Assembly (NCBI GenBank): GCA_028023455.1 | Contig: JAQFVV010000002.1 | Location: 10,416,001 to 10,480,000, forward strand | DNA length: 64,000 bases | Direction: 5' to 3' | Source of the DNA: Epiperipatus broadwayi | Lineage: Eukaryota > Animalia > Onychophora | Shown: positions 11,165 to 25,542 of the stretch, piece by piece | How the letters are laid out: each line of letters begins with the position of its first letter | How positions within the stretch are numbered: position 1 is the first letter of the stretch | The notes under the pieces: generated by a model | Told to the model about the DNA's origin: nothing | The model's database searches: none | What the model saw: only the letters and a program-made list of their open reading frames with translations | Made by a program: the position numbers and the translations under genes

Positions 11165-14100
11165 TTAAGAGGAAAATAAAACTTTCACCCAAATATCATC
11201 ATGTAGACTCACAGGTGAAAGCAGAGAGTCTCGCTGCTTGACTTGATCAAGAAGCTTAATAAAGACACTTAGAGCGGAGTCCTGAGAATGACCAAAGATG
11301 AGCCTGCAACGTGTCAACCATAAAGAAAATGTTATAAAGATAGATAATCTTATTGCTGCAAACGATCTCTTCTTAAGAGTATTAGAAACAGAAAGATCAT
11401 CCCTAAGATCCAGAAAGACATTCGCAACAATAAAGTCCCTAATCAATTTAAGAGCAGGACAGATATAGAAAATATGGAGTGTTGTCTCATCATATAATCT
11501 ACACAACTGACACTGAGACGAAATCCTAATGAAGCTTCTGCTGGTCACTAAAAAATAACTTGTTGGGAGTGCATTTAAATTTAGTTTAAATACAAAAATC
11601 AACATGTCTTGCTTCAATGAAAAGAAGTTTCATTTTATGCAAGAGAACTTTATTAGAAACACCTAATGAAGTCAAAAGAGGAGTATAATGTGGAAATTTT
11701 AATTTATAAACATTCCAGAATGTCAATTTCCCATCAAGCGCAACTTGAACCAAGGGTATCGACTTAATAACTGACTTCCATAAATCAGCAATCCAATAAC
11801 TTGAAAATGGAGATGGCGTATCTGTAGGATCAATAACCAAAGGAAGGGATAACTGAGCAAGCTTTAGACAAGTTACACGAAGAAAAGATATAGATCTCTG
11901 GAGATATAGAATTGAGACTGAGTGCAAACCCAGACCATTTAAAAGCTTTGGCATTTGAATTTTTAGCAATACTAATGGCTACGACCTTGTTTTTTCAAAA
12001 TAATTTTGAACAAAGCGAATTTATAGCCCTCTCAAAACGCTTCGTTGGCCTAACAATTGGTAAATAATAACTAAGCCTTGAATAGACCAAAGAGTTCAAG
12101 AGTGTAACCTTACCCATAAGTGAAATATTTATATTGACAAGCAATGCAACTATCCTTTTTGTTTTATCAAGAATAATCTTTTGAATCTGCCTTGTAATTA
12201 CTGAACGAGATAAAACTATTGGAAAACCAAGGAAAAACTGAGGCTTGGCTGTGAACGTGGAAATAATTGACAAACCAGATTTAATTTTCCACATTGCAGA
12301 TTTTGTAACATTAATATGAAGATTAAAAGTATTAGCAAAAGAGTCCAATATTTGCAACAAAGCCGGAAGAAAAGATTTATCAGGAAGAAAGACAGAGACA
12401 TCATCAACATAAGAAATATGATGAATAGTCTGTTTAAGAGCAGGAACATAGATACCAGGAAGTTTAGGTTCTATCTGTAAAAGTAACGGATTTAAATATG
12501 TAATAAAACATAATGTGTCAAGAGGAGATACCTGTGGCACTGAGAGATGCGGACGAAAACCATCTGCAAGTTTACCATCCAATGAAGTAAAGATGGACCT
12601 GTTAAGTAGAAGATTGGCTATAATATGGACATATGGAATAGGAACCTTATAATCCTGAAGAGTCTGAAACAAAACAGAAGGCAGAACACAATCAAAGGCT
12701 GATGTGAAGTCCAGTTGAACGACCACAGGTTTTGATTTATTATGACGCCTAATATATTCAATAAGAAGAAGAAAAGGCTGAATGGCTTCAGTTGTTGAAT
12801 GACCCTTCTTTGCAAATTGAAATTTTGATAAATTAAGATAAATATTATTTTGTATATGATCTTTAACAATAGATTCAATAGTCTTTATCAAAAGAGGTGT
12901 CATAGAAATAGGACAAATATTAGATAATGGAGGAGTTAATTTCTTCTTAAGAAAAGGGAATATTAGATAATGGAGAAGGAGTTAAATTCTTTTTAAAAAA
13001 AGGGACCATCGCCACCAGATAGAGATCAGGAATATTCACAAAATCGTTGGCTAGAATATCAACCATATTACGAACTATTGGAGCTGTAAAAAATGAAAGA
13101 TGAAGAAGAACAAACCTGGGAATACCATGAATCCCAGGATGTATATTGTCTGGAAAAGAATTTAATTTTTGAATAATCATAGTTTCAGTTATATTATGAC
13201 TATAATCAAGCTCAGATTCATTCCATATATTGCCAATTCTAAAAGGCAACATTTGATGCTTAGTTTTGAAATGATTACATAGTTCAAGCAACATAATAGG
13301 GCCAGAACATACTTTATTTCCTGTGTCAATCATTAATGGAGTAGGTCTAGAATAAGCACCTAAAGCCCATCTAATATAACTTCGTGTCCAGTTATGATGA
13401 TTTTGAAAAAAATTTTTAGACCATTTAATAGCCACATAATGAGCAAGAGATTTCTGTATATCATGATACTGCACTTTAAGTTGCATAATATTTTCTATGG
13501 TAGAATCAAAAGAAGAAAGATTAGAAAGTTTGGATGAAATATCATCCAATTGCTTACGTAAAAACTTTGGACCTTTTGTCTTTCTAGTATAAGAATTAAT
13601 AATAGAACTGAGAATACCAACAAAAGAAGACCATGCTGATATGGCAGGTAATGAAAGAATATCCACTTTACTAAAAAGAATATATGCCTCCGAAAAAATT
13701 GAAGCAGGAGCTGTTAATTTATTTAAGAGCCTTATTGTAAGAGAACTATGAGACTGAGCAACAAAGGAAGTATCAATCAACAATGCAACATGCATAGCCA
13801 AATGATCCGAGAAAGGAACAACCTGAAGCTTTGCTGAAATGTCAAGGTGAAGTTCAGGAGAATAGTAAAGAAGATCAATTAAAGAAGTGGTGCGACGAGT
13901 ATAAAAGGAAAATGCATTAAGAGGAAAACATCCTTCACCAAATAAAAATACTCTATTAAAAAGATATAGGAATTTATTATTAAAATACATGTAACACATA
14001 TTGAAATCACCAAGAAATATAGTTGGATAAGAATTTGAAGACAAAAGAGAATTAATTTTATTAAATATAGAATGAGCAAACAGGAACTCACTCTTAACAT

Positions 14101-14270
14101 ATAAATAAATGATATTCAGAGTAAACTTCCAAATGTAATATTGGTCATGAAAAAATTAGGATCCAAGTGCATGATTTTGATATCATTAAAAGCAAGATGC
14201 TTACTGACAAGCAAAGTGACACCAGATGAAGCAGATATATTAGGAACATAATAAAACGAACCAGTTAAAT
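11165..14270 (-). mobile_element. 5'-truncated L1/Tx1-like LINE ORF2 (APE, RT, C-terminal CCHC), frameshifted
   Basis: Consecutive ORFs of 365, 302, 127 and 150 aa with SSGVTLLV, IFLGDFN, IDLLY, FSDH (APE); QLDFTSAFD, VPQVSPL, HISYVDDVSVF (RT); FKLNLNALPT...CQLCRLYDETTLHIFYIC (zf-RVT-like). Confidence 0.85.
12916..13004. repeat. Imperfect ~43-46-bp tandem duplication inside the L1-like ORF2
   Basis: aatattagataatggaggagttaatttcttcttaagaaaaggg followed by aatattagataatggagaaggagttaaattctttttaaaaaaaggg; coincides with the break between the 365-aa and 302-aa ORFs. Confidence 0.8.
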
Positions 14271-16149
14271 AGTGTTTAATTAATATACCTATCTTTTATA
14301 TATTTTAATGTTAGAAAAAAATGCAAAGTAATTATTTCTAATAGTAGATATTCTCTCAGTCTCAGAAAGATTTTGAAGTCATATTATTTCATATACGTAT
14401 ATTTTACCTAAGGTTTTAAAGTTTAACGGTCAGTTGACTGCATTTTCTCCTATCTTGTGCTACTCGATGATTTGTGTGTGTGGGGGGGGGTTCTCAGCAC
14501 ATATTCATAGCTCCTGTCGTCTTTGATTCATAGGCTAACACCACTTCGGGATTGCCATTGATGATACAGTGGATCTCAACCCTTTTTCAAATATTACTAC
14601 TGGACACAAGCACATATACTCCATCCTGAGCTCAGGTCATGCTGTAAGTGAACATGCTCCATCTCTCTAATTCTTGTGTTAGAACCGGGGGTGCTATCCA
14701 GACCTCAAGTTAGCCATATGTATAAAAAAGCTTTGTGCCTTTGAGACTAATCTCATACAATTAAATCGCCAAGGACCACAGTAATGTTTAATTTCATTAC
14801 AGATAAAACCTTAACTTTGTAATATTCTCAAAATATTGCTGAGTAAGTCTGAGAAGTGTCCATCGGGGGAGGGAGGTCTTTACTTTGTTGTTTAAATGCA
14901 GGCTATATTTGAACATGGCCTTAATCTATTTGACTAGTTTTTTTTAATCAATTGTCTTTTTTTTTGTAATTTTACCCTAGAGTTATGATTTCCTGTATCC
15001 CTCCTTTAAAGTAAAGCACCCAGTTATTGACTAAGTCCAATATTGTTCTGTAATTATCGTACTATTGTTTAATTATATTAAGTGGATCTTTTTAATGCAT
15101 ATCAATACATATCTATGTCAGTAAATGCAGGAAAATAACTTGCAACATTTGTTTGTTAATTATTTCTTGAAATTGTCATTTCTTTTAATTAAACAATAAA
15201 CTTTCATTCACAATTTCATCAATATCTTGTCTGTGTCATTATATAGTCTAAACCTGATTTTTCTTTTTTGTTAAAATTCCCCTTTAGGATCTCATCTCTC
15301 CCTGACCACCAGGCATACATGAAGAAGAAATTCTAGTGAGGTTTGGGAAGTAAGTTGCTTAGTAGTAATCTGGAGGAGTAGGTGAGGTTCAAACCTCCTC
15401 TACCTGTATCTCTAGGTTAGGTTAAAGCTGCTCTATTTTTCATACCGTTACACAATATAATGCATTTTTGTTTAGAAGATTAGATTGAACTTAACTATAA
15501 TTTTAAATGTTATCAAATTTTTACTTATTTGTTACTATAATAAATTTATAGTTTATTATTTTATCTTTTATGTACGTTTGTAAACAACTATTTTACCCAA
15601 CATTTATATCCTTTATACGATTTTAAATTGAATAAACCCAAGTTCAAATTTTATGATAACTAAAATGGCAATTACTTTTCCTAGCTTAATAAATACCTAT
15701 CTTTTTGATTTAATAAAATTTAAAATTATACATCTCCAAATTTTATTCCCAATTTGTTTTATGATGGGATGTACCAATAAAAAGAGTGCAATATATATAT
15801 ATGTATTTGAAGGTAACACCTCCAAAATGTTCTTATATTATATGTAGACTGATTTGTATTATCACCATCAAAAATTGAATAACTGATAACATTTTTGTCT
15901 AAAAGTTGTTTAAAGAATTAATTTTTAATAAAGCAAACTTTTTTGTTTGCTAAATCTCTTTAAAAGCATTAAAAATAAATAAGGATTTATAAAATTATTT
16001 AGCATTAGTGCTAAAAAAATCTCATGTAAGTTATTTATTGAGTTTTTTAAATCTAAAGAAACTTTCAAACCAAGCATTATGCCTATAATTTATATATCTA
16101 AATATGTAATTCAACTATAAATTATTTCCTTCTTTTTTGAGCTAATGTA

Positions 16150-16350
16150 ATTAAATAATTGTTAATGAACACATACACAGAAAAGATATTTTTTTTAAAT
16201 GTTCAATTTTATTATTGCCTAGCATGCTTTCGATATATCACTATAAATTATGAATATGATACTCTTGATATATCATATGCTAGAAAGTAATAAAGCTGAA
16301 TATTTAATAATCTACTTTTTCTGCATATGTGTTCATTAACATTCATTAAT
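16150..16350. repeat. MITE-like imperfect inverted repeat
   Basis: Perfect 16-bp arms tgttaatgaacacata (16160-16175) / tatgtgttcattaaca (16326-16341), with imperfect pairing continuing inward to ctagcatg/catatgctag. Confidence 0.6.
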
Positions 16351-19300
16351 TATATCTAAATATGTTAAATATATGAATATGTAGATTGTTCCTTTTTTTG
16401 TAAATTGATTGATCTAATTTTGTAATAGGGGGAAATGCCAGTAGTTTTACTAATTTATAAAAAAACTGAAAGTTATCTTCACTATGCCAAAATAATCATC
16501 CAATATTCTTATCAAAACATTTGTAAATAAACAGGGTTCCTAGATGTCAGTGTAATGCCATCCCCTTACTGTATTGGCTTAAAATGATATTGTAAATATA
16601 CATATATATATAAATACAATTAATTATTAAAAAAAGATTTTGTAAAACTAAATATGTTTATTTATTTTTAAGAATTCTCAAACAGAAGAACTGCAATATA
16701 AATTTATGTGAACATTATGTGTTAAATATATATATATATATTAAAACAAGGGGTTTTTTACAAGATGTTTTCTCAATTCATCCATTTGTAAATTATAGTA
16801 ATATTTCTGCTGAATCACACTTACTATCACTGAATATGGAATTTTATTTTAAAAAACTTTGTAGAGATGCTGCAAGCAAAACATAAAACAATATTAAATA
16901 CCTATGTAATCAAATAATTAAATATGAGTGTGATGGTATGTATGTGATAGTCTGTACAAATTATAAAAGTAATAGTTATTTTGATTAATGGGCTTAACAT
17001 TTTGTTGATATAATCTAATCTCTTAAGAAATTCAATGTCTTCTCTGATTTTTATATAAGGATTTTGGTATTATAAAAATCTATGATATTTACAAGTGTCC
17101 ATTGCTTGTAAGAACAATAATGATAATGACTTTTGATTTACAATATTAGCATATTTATTATTCCTATCACTGTTACTATGATTATTTACTTTACATAATA
17201 GCTCCATAAACTCCACGTGGTACTTCATAAATTCTCTGGCCTCAAGAGGAATTGAGTTCTTAGGTTTGAACAGGATATTGCTAATTTTCTAATTAGTAGT
17301 ATATCTAGTTTTGATTATTGTCTATATTTTTTATATACATATAAAGAAATTAAAACTTTAGCCATCTTTTTTTTTTATATTGTTTTGAATGGGAACAATT
17401 TTATATCTATCTATTATTTTCTTAAAATATTAAAAAAAAATTTCATTGAATAAACATTCAATTTTCTTTCATGTGCCAGAACAACCCTTTTAAAGTAACA
17501 TTCTTTATCTAGAAGATAGCAAAACTGCTTCACCTGAAATGCCTGTACAATATTACTGTTATTTATACATGAATCCAGAAAATAAATCTTTTACATATAT
17601 TACAGATTATTCGAGTTATATTTTGTTATCTATTAATTATATCAATATATAAATATTTTATAATGTAGTATTATACTATCACATATTGAAATAAATTTGA
17701 TTGGTTCTCTATTATAAAAAATTAATAAGGTTAAAAATATTGATAATATAACTTTTTTTCTTTTTGACCATTGCATTCAATACTGTAATCATTTCATTTA
17801 AATATTAATAAATATTTTATAATATATAGTGAGTGTGTTCATATATAATTTGGGAACCAAATACCAAAGTGGGAGCACTGTGTTTAAAATACAAAAGAAG
17901 GTCAAAGATACAGTATTACAATTATACACTTTATATAAATTCTTAAAAAAAAATATTTATACGGTTTATAAACTTTTTTTTTTTTTGCTTCATACCAACA
18001 AGGACATTAGATATAGATAAACTTAAAATGTCAGTTATATTTAGAAAATGAAAAACATTAATTTTTTATTTATCTATTAATTTATTTTTTGCATTTAAAA
18101 TGCATTTTCACTTTACTAAATCTTCTTTGAACCTGTGAAAGGTTCGGTAGCTAAGCCAATTATATTGAGCTACATTGAAGCTGGCCAACTTAAGAATTGT
18201 AAATTTCTACAAGTAAGATTAAAAAAAGATAAAATTCATTATTATTATTTTTCGAAAATATTAATTTTAATTAATATAGACAAACAAAACATTGACTACA
18301 GTTTTGATTTCATTATAAATGTAACATAGTGAATTTTCGCATTTACGAATATAATATTTAGAATTGGCGGCAGAGGGCATTATATAAAGTTTTGGAAGAT
18401 ATTAATAACTTAAAAAAAAAAAAGTATAAATATCATTCTAGTTAATAATTTAATTTATTAAGTTTTAATATGTTAAGTGACAATTTAACCATGGTAAACT
18501 TTGCAGATTTTTTAAATGTATATAGCATAATCCTTAGGTTATTGTTCGCATCTGGTAAAAGCTGTAATTCCTCGATATCTTTAATATTGAAAAGAACAAA
18601 AAAATATATATATAACAAATTAAATTAATTATCTTTATTTATTTAAAAGTAAATTTTCTATGTAAGTGTGTTTTATTTAGACTCTTTTTTATATATATAA
18701 AACTTTTATAAACTGCACATTTAAAAATGATTATTTGTAGGTTATACTGTTACTCAAGTAAGTGTGGCCATTGAAAGGGAGAAATTTATCTGGAGCCCGG
18801 CCAGACTAAAATATTTTAAACATTATTATTCTAAAAAAAATAAACAATTCAAATTAGTAACACATGGAGTATAAAAGACAGAAATAGTTTTAATGATATT
18901 ATATTTTGCATTAAAGTATATGTTTTTTAAAAAACTATATTCTCTCCTGTTTCATAAAATAAATCGAAATATGAATACATATTTAAAATATAGGAATATT
19001 AGTTTAATATTGTAGTTGCCTGGTATATTACAACAGCCTTATATTATTAAATAAAATAATTGCGAATTGTAATAATAAATTTAAATATGTTTATTTTTCA
19101 ACTTTTAAGCTTACTTTTATAATAGAATTCTTTTGATAATTTTTAGAAGGCATAGAAAAGTTCCTATATTTAGGGAAAAGATACTATTTATAAAGTATCA
19201 CATACTAAAGACAAATTAGTGTGTGTGTGTGTGGGGGGGACCTTTAGTTCTGAAGTTAACTGCAAATTATCAGTAAGCATCTGATTAAGAGTAAAATCAG

Positions 19301-19493
19301 ATATTGATTTTTACAAAGACTCATACCATTTCTAATATAAAATATTTTCTAATCTTTTCAACACTTTTTTTTATCATTCTTCTTTATTATTATTATTATT
19401 TTAGCTTATAAGTAAGTTAGAATAGAGACCAACATCAGAAGCCATATTATTTGAGTCATCTACTTTAATTAACTATATCAGTAGCATTATGAT

Positions 19494-22460
19494 TCACCAA
19501 CACGCATTAGCCAGCGTGGTGAGTTTATTGGTTTTTTACCTCCGAGTTTAAGAATATTTTTTCAATATATACAATCATGACAGACAAAAATAAATCATGG
19601 CCTTTATTCCCAGGAGGCTGTAAAGTCACCAACCAAGGCAGCGGTTGGTGGCCGAAGGCGAAGGGTGCTAAGAATCCCCTGAATGCGGACTCAGACTGCC
19701 ATTTGATGACGACTTTCTATTTAGGTACTTACAACTGCAGATGACTTTCAAGTGAAGGAAGATTGCAAGAATTAGAAGAATAACTATCTTATATTAAATA
19801 GGACATTATTGGACTTTGTGAAGTTAGAAGAAAAGGTGAAGAAACAATTGATTTAAAAAATGGACATGTACTCTACTATAAAAGCACAAATATTGGAAAT
19901 ACAAGTGGAGTAGGATTCGTTATAAATAAAAAATGGAAGAATAACATTGTGGAGATTTATGGTGTATCGGACAGGGTGGCAAGATTAGTTTAACAACTTA
20001 ATAGCAGATACCAAATTCAGATAATTCAGGTTTATGCCCCAACAAGTTCTTGTAGTGATGAAGTAGTAGAATATTTTTATATGGATGTACAAAAGGCTTT
20101 TGATCAGAGTAAACAACATTTTAAAATTATTATGGGAGACTTTAATGCTAGAATTGGTAAACAAATGAAAGATGAAAATGCTGTAGGTAATTTTGGTTAT
20201 GGTAATAGAAATGAGAGAGGACATAGACTTGTGAAGTTTGCAGAAAAAGAAAAACTTTATATTATGAATTCTTTTTTTTGAGAAAAAAGGTTAAAAGGAA
20301 ATGGACATGGAAGCATCCAAATGAAGGTATAGCAGAATTGGATTATATTTTGACTAATAGAAAATACATATTTCAAGATTGTAATGTTCTTAATAAATTT
20401 AACACAGGAAGTGATCATTGATTAGTAAGATGAAAGATACATGTTAATGCAAAACTAGAGAGACAAAAATTATTAAGAAAAACAATATTTACAGTTGATA
20501 TTCCTAATCTTCAGAAACATTCCTATGAATTTAAATTAGAACTTACAAATCTGTTTCAAGTATTAGTAGATTTTGAACATGATTCAGATTTGAATGAAAT
20601 TAATAGGAAAATAACTGATACACTTTTAAAAACTGCAACAAAGATAGCTGGTAAAAAAAAGCAGCAATTGACCAATAAAATTTTTACTGAGACTAGAGAA
20701 TTTATGAAGAAAAGAAAAAATATGAAGATATACAAAAAGGATGCATTAAAAAGGATTGAATATCCCGAATTTTGTAAAATGGTGCGGAAAAGAATTGAAA
20801 ATGATATAAGAAAGTATAATTGTGAACTAGCAAGGAAAGCTGTAGAAGAGAATAAAAGTCTAAAGAGTGTAAAACAACATTTTGGTATTGGTAGGAAATT
20901 TATATCTGCAATAATAAAAAAAGATGGCATTATTACTAAAAAGAGAGATGACATCATGAAATGTGTAGAAGACTTCTATCAAGAATTATATAGTAATAAA
21001 GAACAAGTATCTCCTATACCTATTATATCTTCTGAATTGTCCAGAATTTTGAATGACGAAGTGAGACATGCAATTAAATTTATGAAGAAAGGGAAGGCTC
21101 CAGGTAATGATGGAATTGTAATTGATATATTAAAAGAAGCAGGTGAAGAAATATAATTTTTTTTAGCAAAGTTATATTCCAAATATCTAAATAATAAAGA
21201 TGTACCAGATGATTGGAAGAATGCAGTATTAATATTAATATTTAAAAAAGGTGATAAAGAAGATATTAGAAATTACAGACCTATCAGTCTTTTATCAGTT
21301 TTATACAAAATTTTTACTAAGATAATTACAACTCATCTACCGAGAACACTGGACTTCCACCAACCAAGAGAACAAGCTGAATTTAAAAGTAGTTTTAGTA
21401 TAGTAGATCATATCCAGGTATTGAGAGAAGTTATAGAAAGGACAAATGAATATGAGTTGCCATTATGCTTAGGATTTGTAGATTATGAAAAGGCATTTGA
21501 TTCTATAAACATTTCTTCAGTGATTAAAGCATTGGATCATCAAGGTATAGATTCAGGATATTGTCATATTTTAAAGAATATTTATAAAAATGCAACAGCA
21601 ACAAAAAAAAAAAAAAAAAAGAGGAGGGGAGGAAGGGGGTCCTCATTCAATTTTAAAAAAATTTTTTGATTGAAAAGGAAAAAAAGGGAGGGAAAGTAAA
21701 TGGGATTTTTTATTTTTATTTAGATGATGTAGTTGTTTTTTTTTTCAAATAATGCTTTAGAGTTACAGGAAATGTTGCAGGAGTTATCAGATGAAAGTAG
21801 GACTAAAGATAAATGTTAAAAAGACTAAAGTAATGTTCAATAGATTTTCTCAAAATATGAAAATAAATATTGATTATGATGAATTAGAAGAAGTTAACAG
21901 TTACAAATACCTTGGTCAGATTATTAATACAGATGAAAACATAATGGATGAAATTAATCATAGAATTAAACTTGGTTGGAGTGCTTTTGGTATAAATAAC
22001 TTGATACTAAAAGGAAATATGCCTATGTGTTTGAAAGGAAGGTTTTTAATAAATGTGTTTTGCCAGTTCTTACTTATGGATCTGAGACTTGGACACTTAT
22101 TAGAAGAGCAATACAGAGACTTCAAACCACTCAAAGAAGTATGGAGAGATGCATGTTGGGAGTAACAAGAAGAAATTGAAAACGCAATGTATGGGTAAGA
22201 GAACAAACAGGTGTTACTGAAGTGGAGTTGGGCTGGACATATTGCTAGAAGAGATGGTAACAGATGGACAATTGAAATTTTAAACTGGATTCCAAGAGAT
22301 TGTAAAAGACCCAGAAAGAGATCAGATGTGAGATGGATGGATGAAATAAGAAATTGTGCAGGGGTGATGTGGAGAAGAGAAGCTAAAGATCGGAAAAGAT
22401 GGGTTGAACTTGGAGAGACCTTCATCCTGCAGTGGATTGATAATGGTTGATGATGATGAT
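19494..22460 (+). mobile_element. Near-full-length RTE-clade LINE, same family as 6604-10423, inactivated
   Basis: Colinear with the reverse complement of copy 1 from the 5' end to the (GAT)n tail. ORF fragments with MGDFNARIG, GKAPGNDG, GFVDYEKAFDS, WSWAGHIARR. Multiple stops and frameshifts. Confidence 0.97.
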
Positions 22461-22814
22461 TCTTTGCAGCTGTGTCAATTTTTTAATTAAGCATACATCC
22501 ATTCTGCCTCCATTTTTTTTTTTTTTTGTTGAAGTTATTGCTACTGAGAGAGCAATGAAAAGATAGGTTTTTATAAATTTGCTTTAATTTGTGATTTTTT
22601 ATTAAATTAGTATAATCAATACTGAGATAAAATATCACTTGAGCTCTAGTGTCGATAGTTACCATTATTTACATCTTTTTAAAAAACTAAATTTTGATAA
22701 CGATGAGAATTATTATTTCTCCTTAACTAGGTTTTAAATTCCTCAGTAATAGAAAACAAGATATAAAGATATTCACAATTTAAAAAGCATTAAGTGGGAT
22801 AATTTGCAACTGAT

Positions 22815-23040
22815 ACAGGCATTTAAATCTTTTTTTACTATCAAGCTAAAAATTAAAAAAAAATCTTAAGATTTTAGAATTCAAACCAATCTTTTTATTT
22901 AATACTATAGATCTGGCATCAGGTCAGTACCTATATATTTTAATAACTTCAACTCTATTTAGATTGCCTTGGATTCAAAATTTTCAGATTTTTTGAATTT
23001 CAGGCTATTAGCTTAATAGCAAAAGGAGTTAAAAATGATT
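22815..23040. repeat. Degenerate MITE-like inverted repeat
   Basis: About 75-bp arms pair loosely (ttttactatcaagctaa vs ttagcttaatagcaaaa; gaattcaaaccaatct vs agattgccttggattc). Confidence 0.35.
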
Positions 23041-24209
23041 GGCAGATGCATAATTACATTGATTCCAACTTTGAATACTAAGTTTTTATTAATAAAGACA
23101 AGCAAACAACAAAATCAAGAGAACAGTAACAGATGTGGTAATATATTTGGATTGGCAGTCTTTTTCTTAATCATTTAATTTGGAAAGGTGAAGAGAAGTC
23201 ACCCAGCTGAATGTCATCTTAAAGACCTGCTGGTAATCACTACTTACTCAAACTTAGAATCAATGGTACTAGAGTTAGTGAGAAAAAAATTGCTTTCATT
23301 TATAATACTGAAGTAAGCTGAGAAAATCAGATGATTCTGTGTTAAAAATTATTGTTAAAATAATTTATGTTGTAGCAAATTAATAAATTTAAATTAGAGT
23401 TCATAATTCTCATTTCTTTTTGTTATTACACTATATTTTTCATTAATATATTAGATTTTATTAAGAACTAATTTAATATTTATAAAATCAATAAATTACC
23501 AGGTTTTTTTTCTTTTATCAGGTCAAAACATATTATTATTGAGGTGCAATTTGAAGAACTAAACTGAAACAATCCTAATCAAAATAAAGTATTTGCCATT
23601 CTGAAAATATAGTTTTTACATACTAATATTTCCCTGATGATCTAAATAATTATTATATATATATATAATTAAAATGCTATATTTATTTATATATGCTTAT
23701 GAGAAGTTTAATGCTTAAAGCTAAGTATAGGCACGCACACATATATACACACATATATAAACGTGATACAATATTTTGGTTCCATATTAAATAACAAATT
23801 TTTGATTCATACATATATATAATGTGATAGATTAAATTGCTTTATTTTGTAACTGTTAACTACTGCATATAATGTATAAATTTCATCTGTGAATTACAGT
23901 ACTGTTTTGTGAAGTGTTAAAATGTAGATATATACATATATAATAAAGTAATTAGATAAACTTTTATTGCCCTCCAGTGACAGTTGTAATGCAATTAATG
24001 AAAACAATGTATATTTTGCAAGTGCTATTAGTCCTTTATCTTTTCCAGATTTATAATTTTTCTGGATTAAAGATAATTCTTTAATGAATTTTTTATTCTC
24101 CCCTTTCTCATTTAAACTTCCAATATCTTTGAAGCACCAAGTATTGTTGGAAACTTACACAATATTAAACAATAAAGTATTCATTATTTTTAACATATAC
24201 AAAATATGT

Positions 24210-24452
24210 TTATTTATTCATTTGTTTTGATATAATAATTGATTCTTCCATTCTTTTCTGGTCAGTTTGCTGGGGGGGGGGGGGGTTGTTGTTAATCAAG
24301 TGGATTCTATGTTTCACCATTATAGAAATATCTACAGATTGTAAATTTAAGCATATATTCAGCATTTTACATCTATAACAAGCTTTTCCAAAACTTATCA
24401 GCATTTTATTTGAATGGGTTTTTTTAAAAATATTTTTGACTTCAGGTCCCAT
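24210..24452 (-). pseudogene. Penelope-like GIY-YIG endonuclease relic
   Basis: ORF ...KACYRCKMLNI...MVKHRI...KRMEESIIISK resembles PLE GIY-YIG motifs. Confidence 0.4.
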
Positions 24453-25542
24453 TCTTATGTTTGGCTAAGCAGATTTTTGTTAAACCTAGATTTTTAGCTG
24501 ATCAACTTAATTTACAAAATATGTTTTATAATGGAATTACCATATTAATTATAGATTTGCTTAGAAATGCTTAGGAGACTACAGACTCAAGGCCATACTT
24601 GATCCATTAATAGCTTGACTTCTTAGGTTGTGATCTTTCATTCTTATAAATGAAATAGTTTATCTGAGTATTGTCTATCTGAATATCTTCTACAAAGTCT
24701 TTGTATTCTTAGTTAGTTTTATGAGTTCTGTGGTAACTTCTATAATCACTTGGCTCTCCCCTGAACATAAAATTTAAATATTTGTAATATAATCAGGAGC
24801 TTACTTCAGTTGCAGGCCATGGGCATAAATATTTCATGATCTAACTAACTTAGGTGTAAGATTAGCAGTTGATTGTAAATATAAAATCTCGCATTTGTTG
24901 GTAATCTTAGTTTAAACATTTTAAACTTGATTTTCCTTTAGAATTGCTAGATTAAACATTGTCTTTTTTTTTCACAGCAGAAAAAAATTCTTTATCATAT
25001 ATTTGCAACAACAAAAAAAAAACTTTTAGTATATACATATGCTATTTATTTTTGATCAAGAATATCTATGATATTTGCCACTGGTGAATGCTCAATTCAA
25101 TTACAATCATTTCAATTCCTTTGATGAAGATAATGATTTTGTCAACCCATGCAAATAGAGGCTAATAAAACTGCACTAATTCTATTATCTATTGTCAGAA
25201 AATGTTTACTGGTTCATTTAAAATAAATGAGAGAAATTAAGGTTTTATAAATATTTGCTATAATTATTTATATAAAATCATAAAACATCAAATGCTAGCA
25301 AAATAACAGAATTTATATAAAATGCTCTCATAATTATGGTTTTGGCTATTCTATAAATAGACCAAATAAAAATCAATTAAATATAATGTATATTATATCA
25401 AAACAGATCTCAATCCCACAATTGATTTCGATAAATACCTACCTTTAATACCAAAGGATTTTTCATAAGATTAACTGCCCTGAATTTCAGTAGATTTATC
25501 ATCAATTAGAGTTTCTAAAAGAACAGTTAAAAAACTCTGTCA

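Noticed and set aside
15000-15310. Possible APE endonuclease relic (ILKGNFN, LDYI) on the minus strand
   Set aside because: Only two short degenerate motifs in AT-rich sequence.
19485-22470. TSD around RTE copy 2 (atgattc on both sides)
   Set aside because: Overlaps the (GAT)n tail and the element's first bases, so it cannot be distinguished from microhomology.
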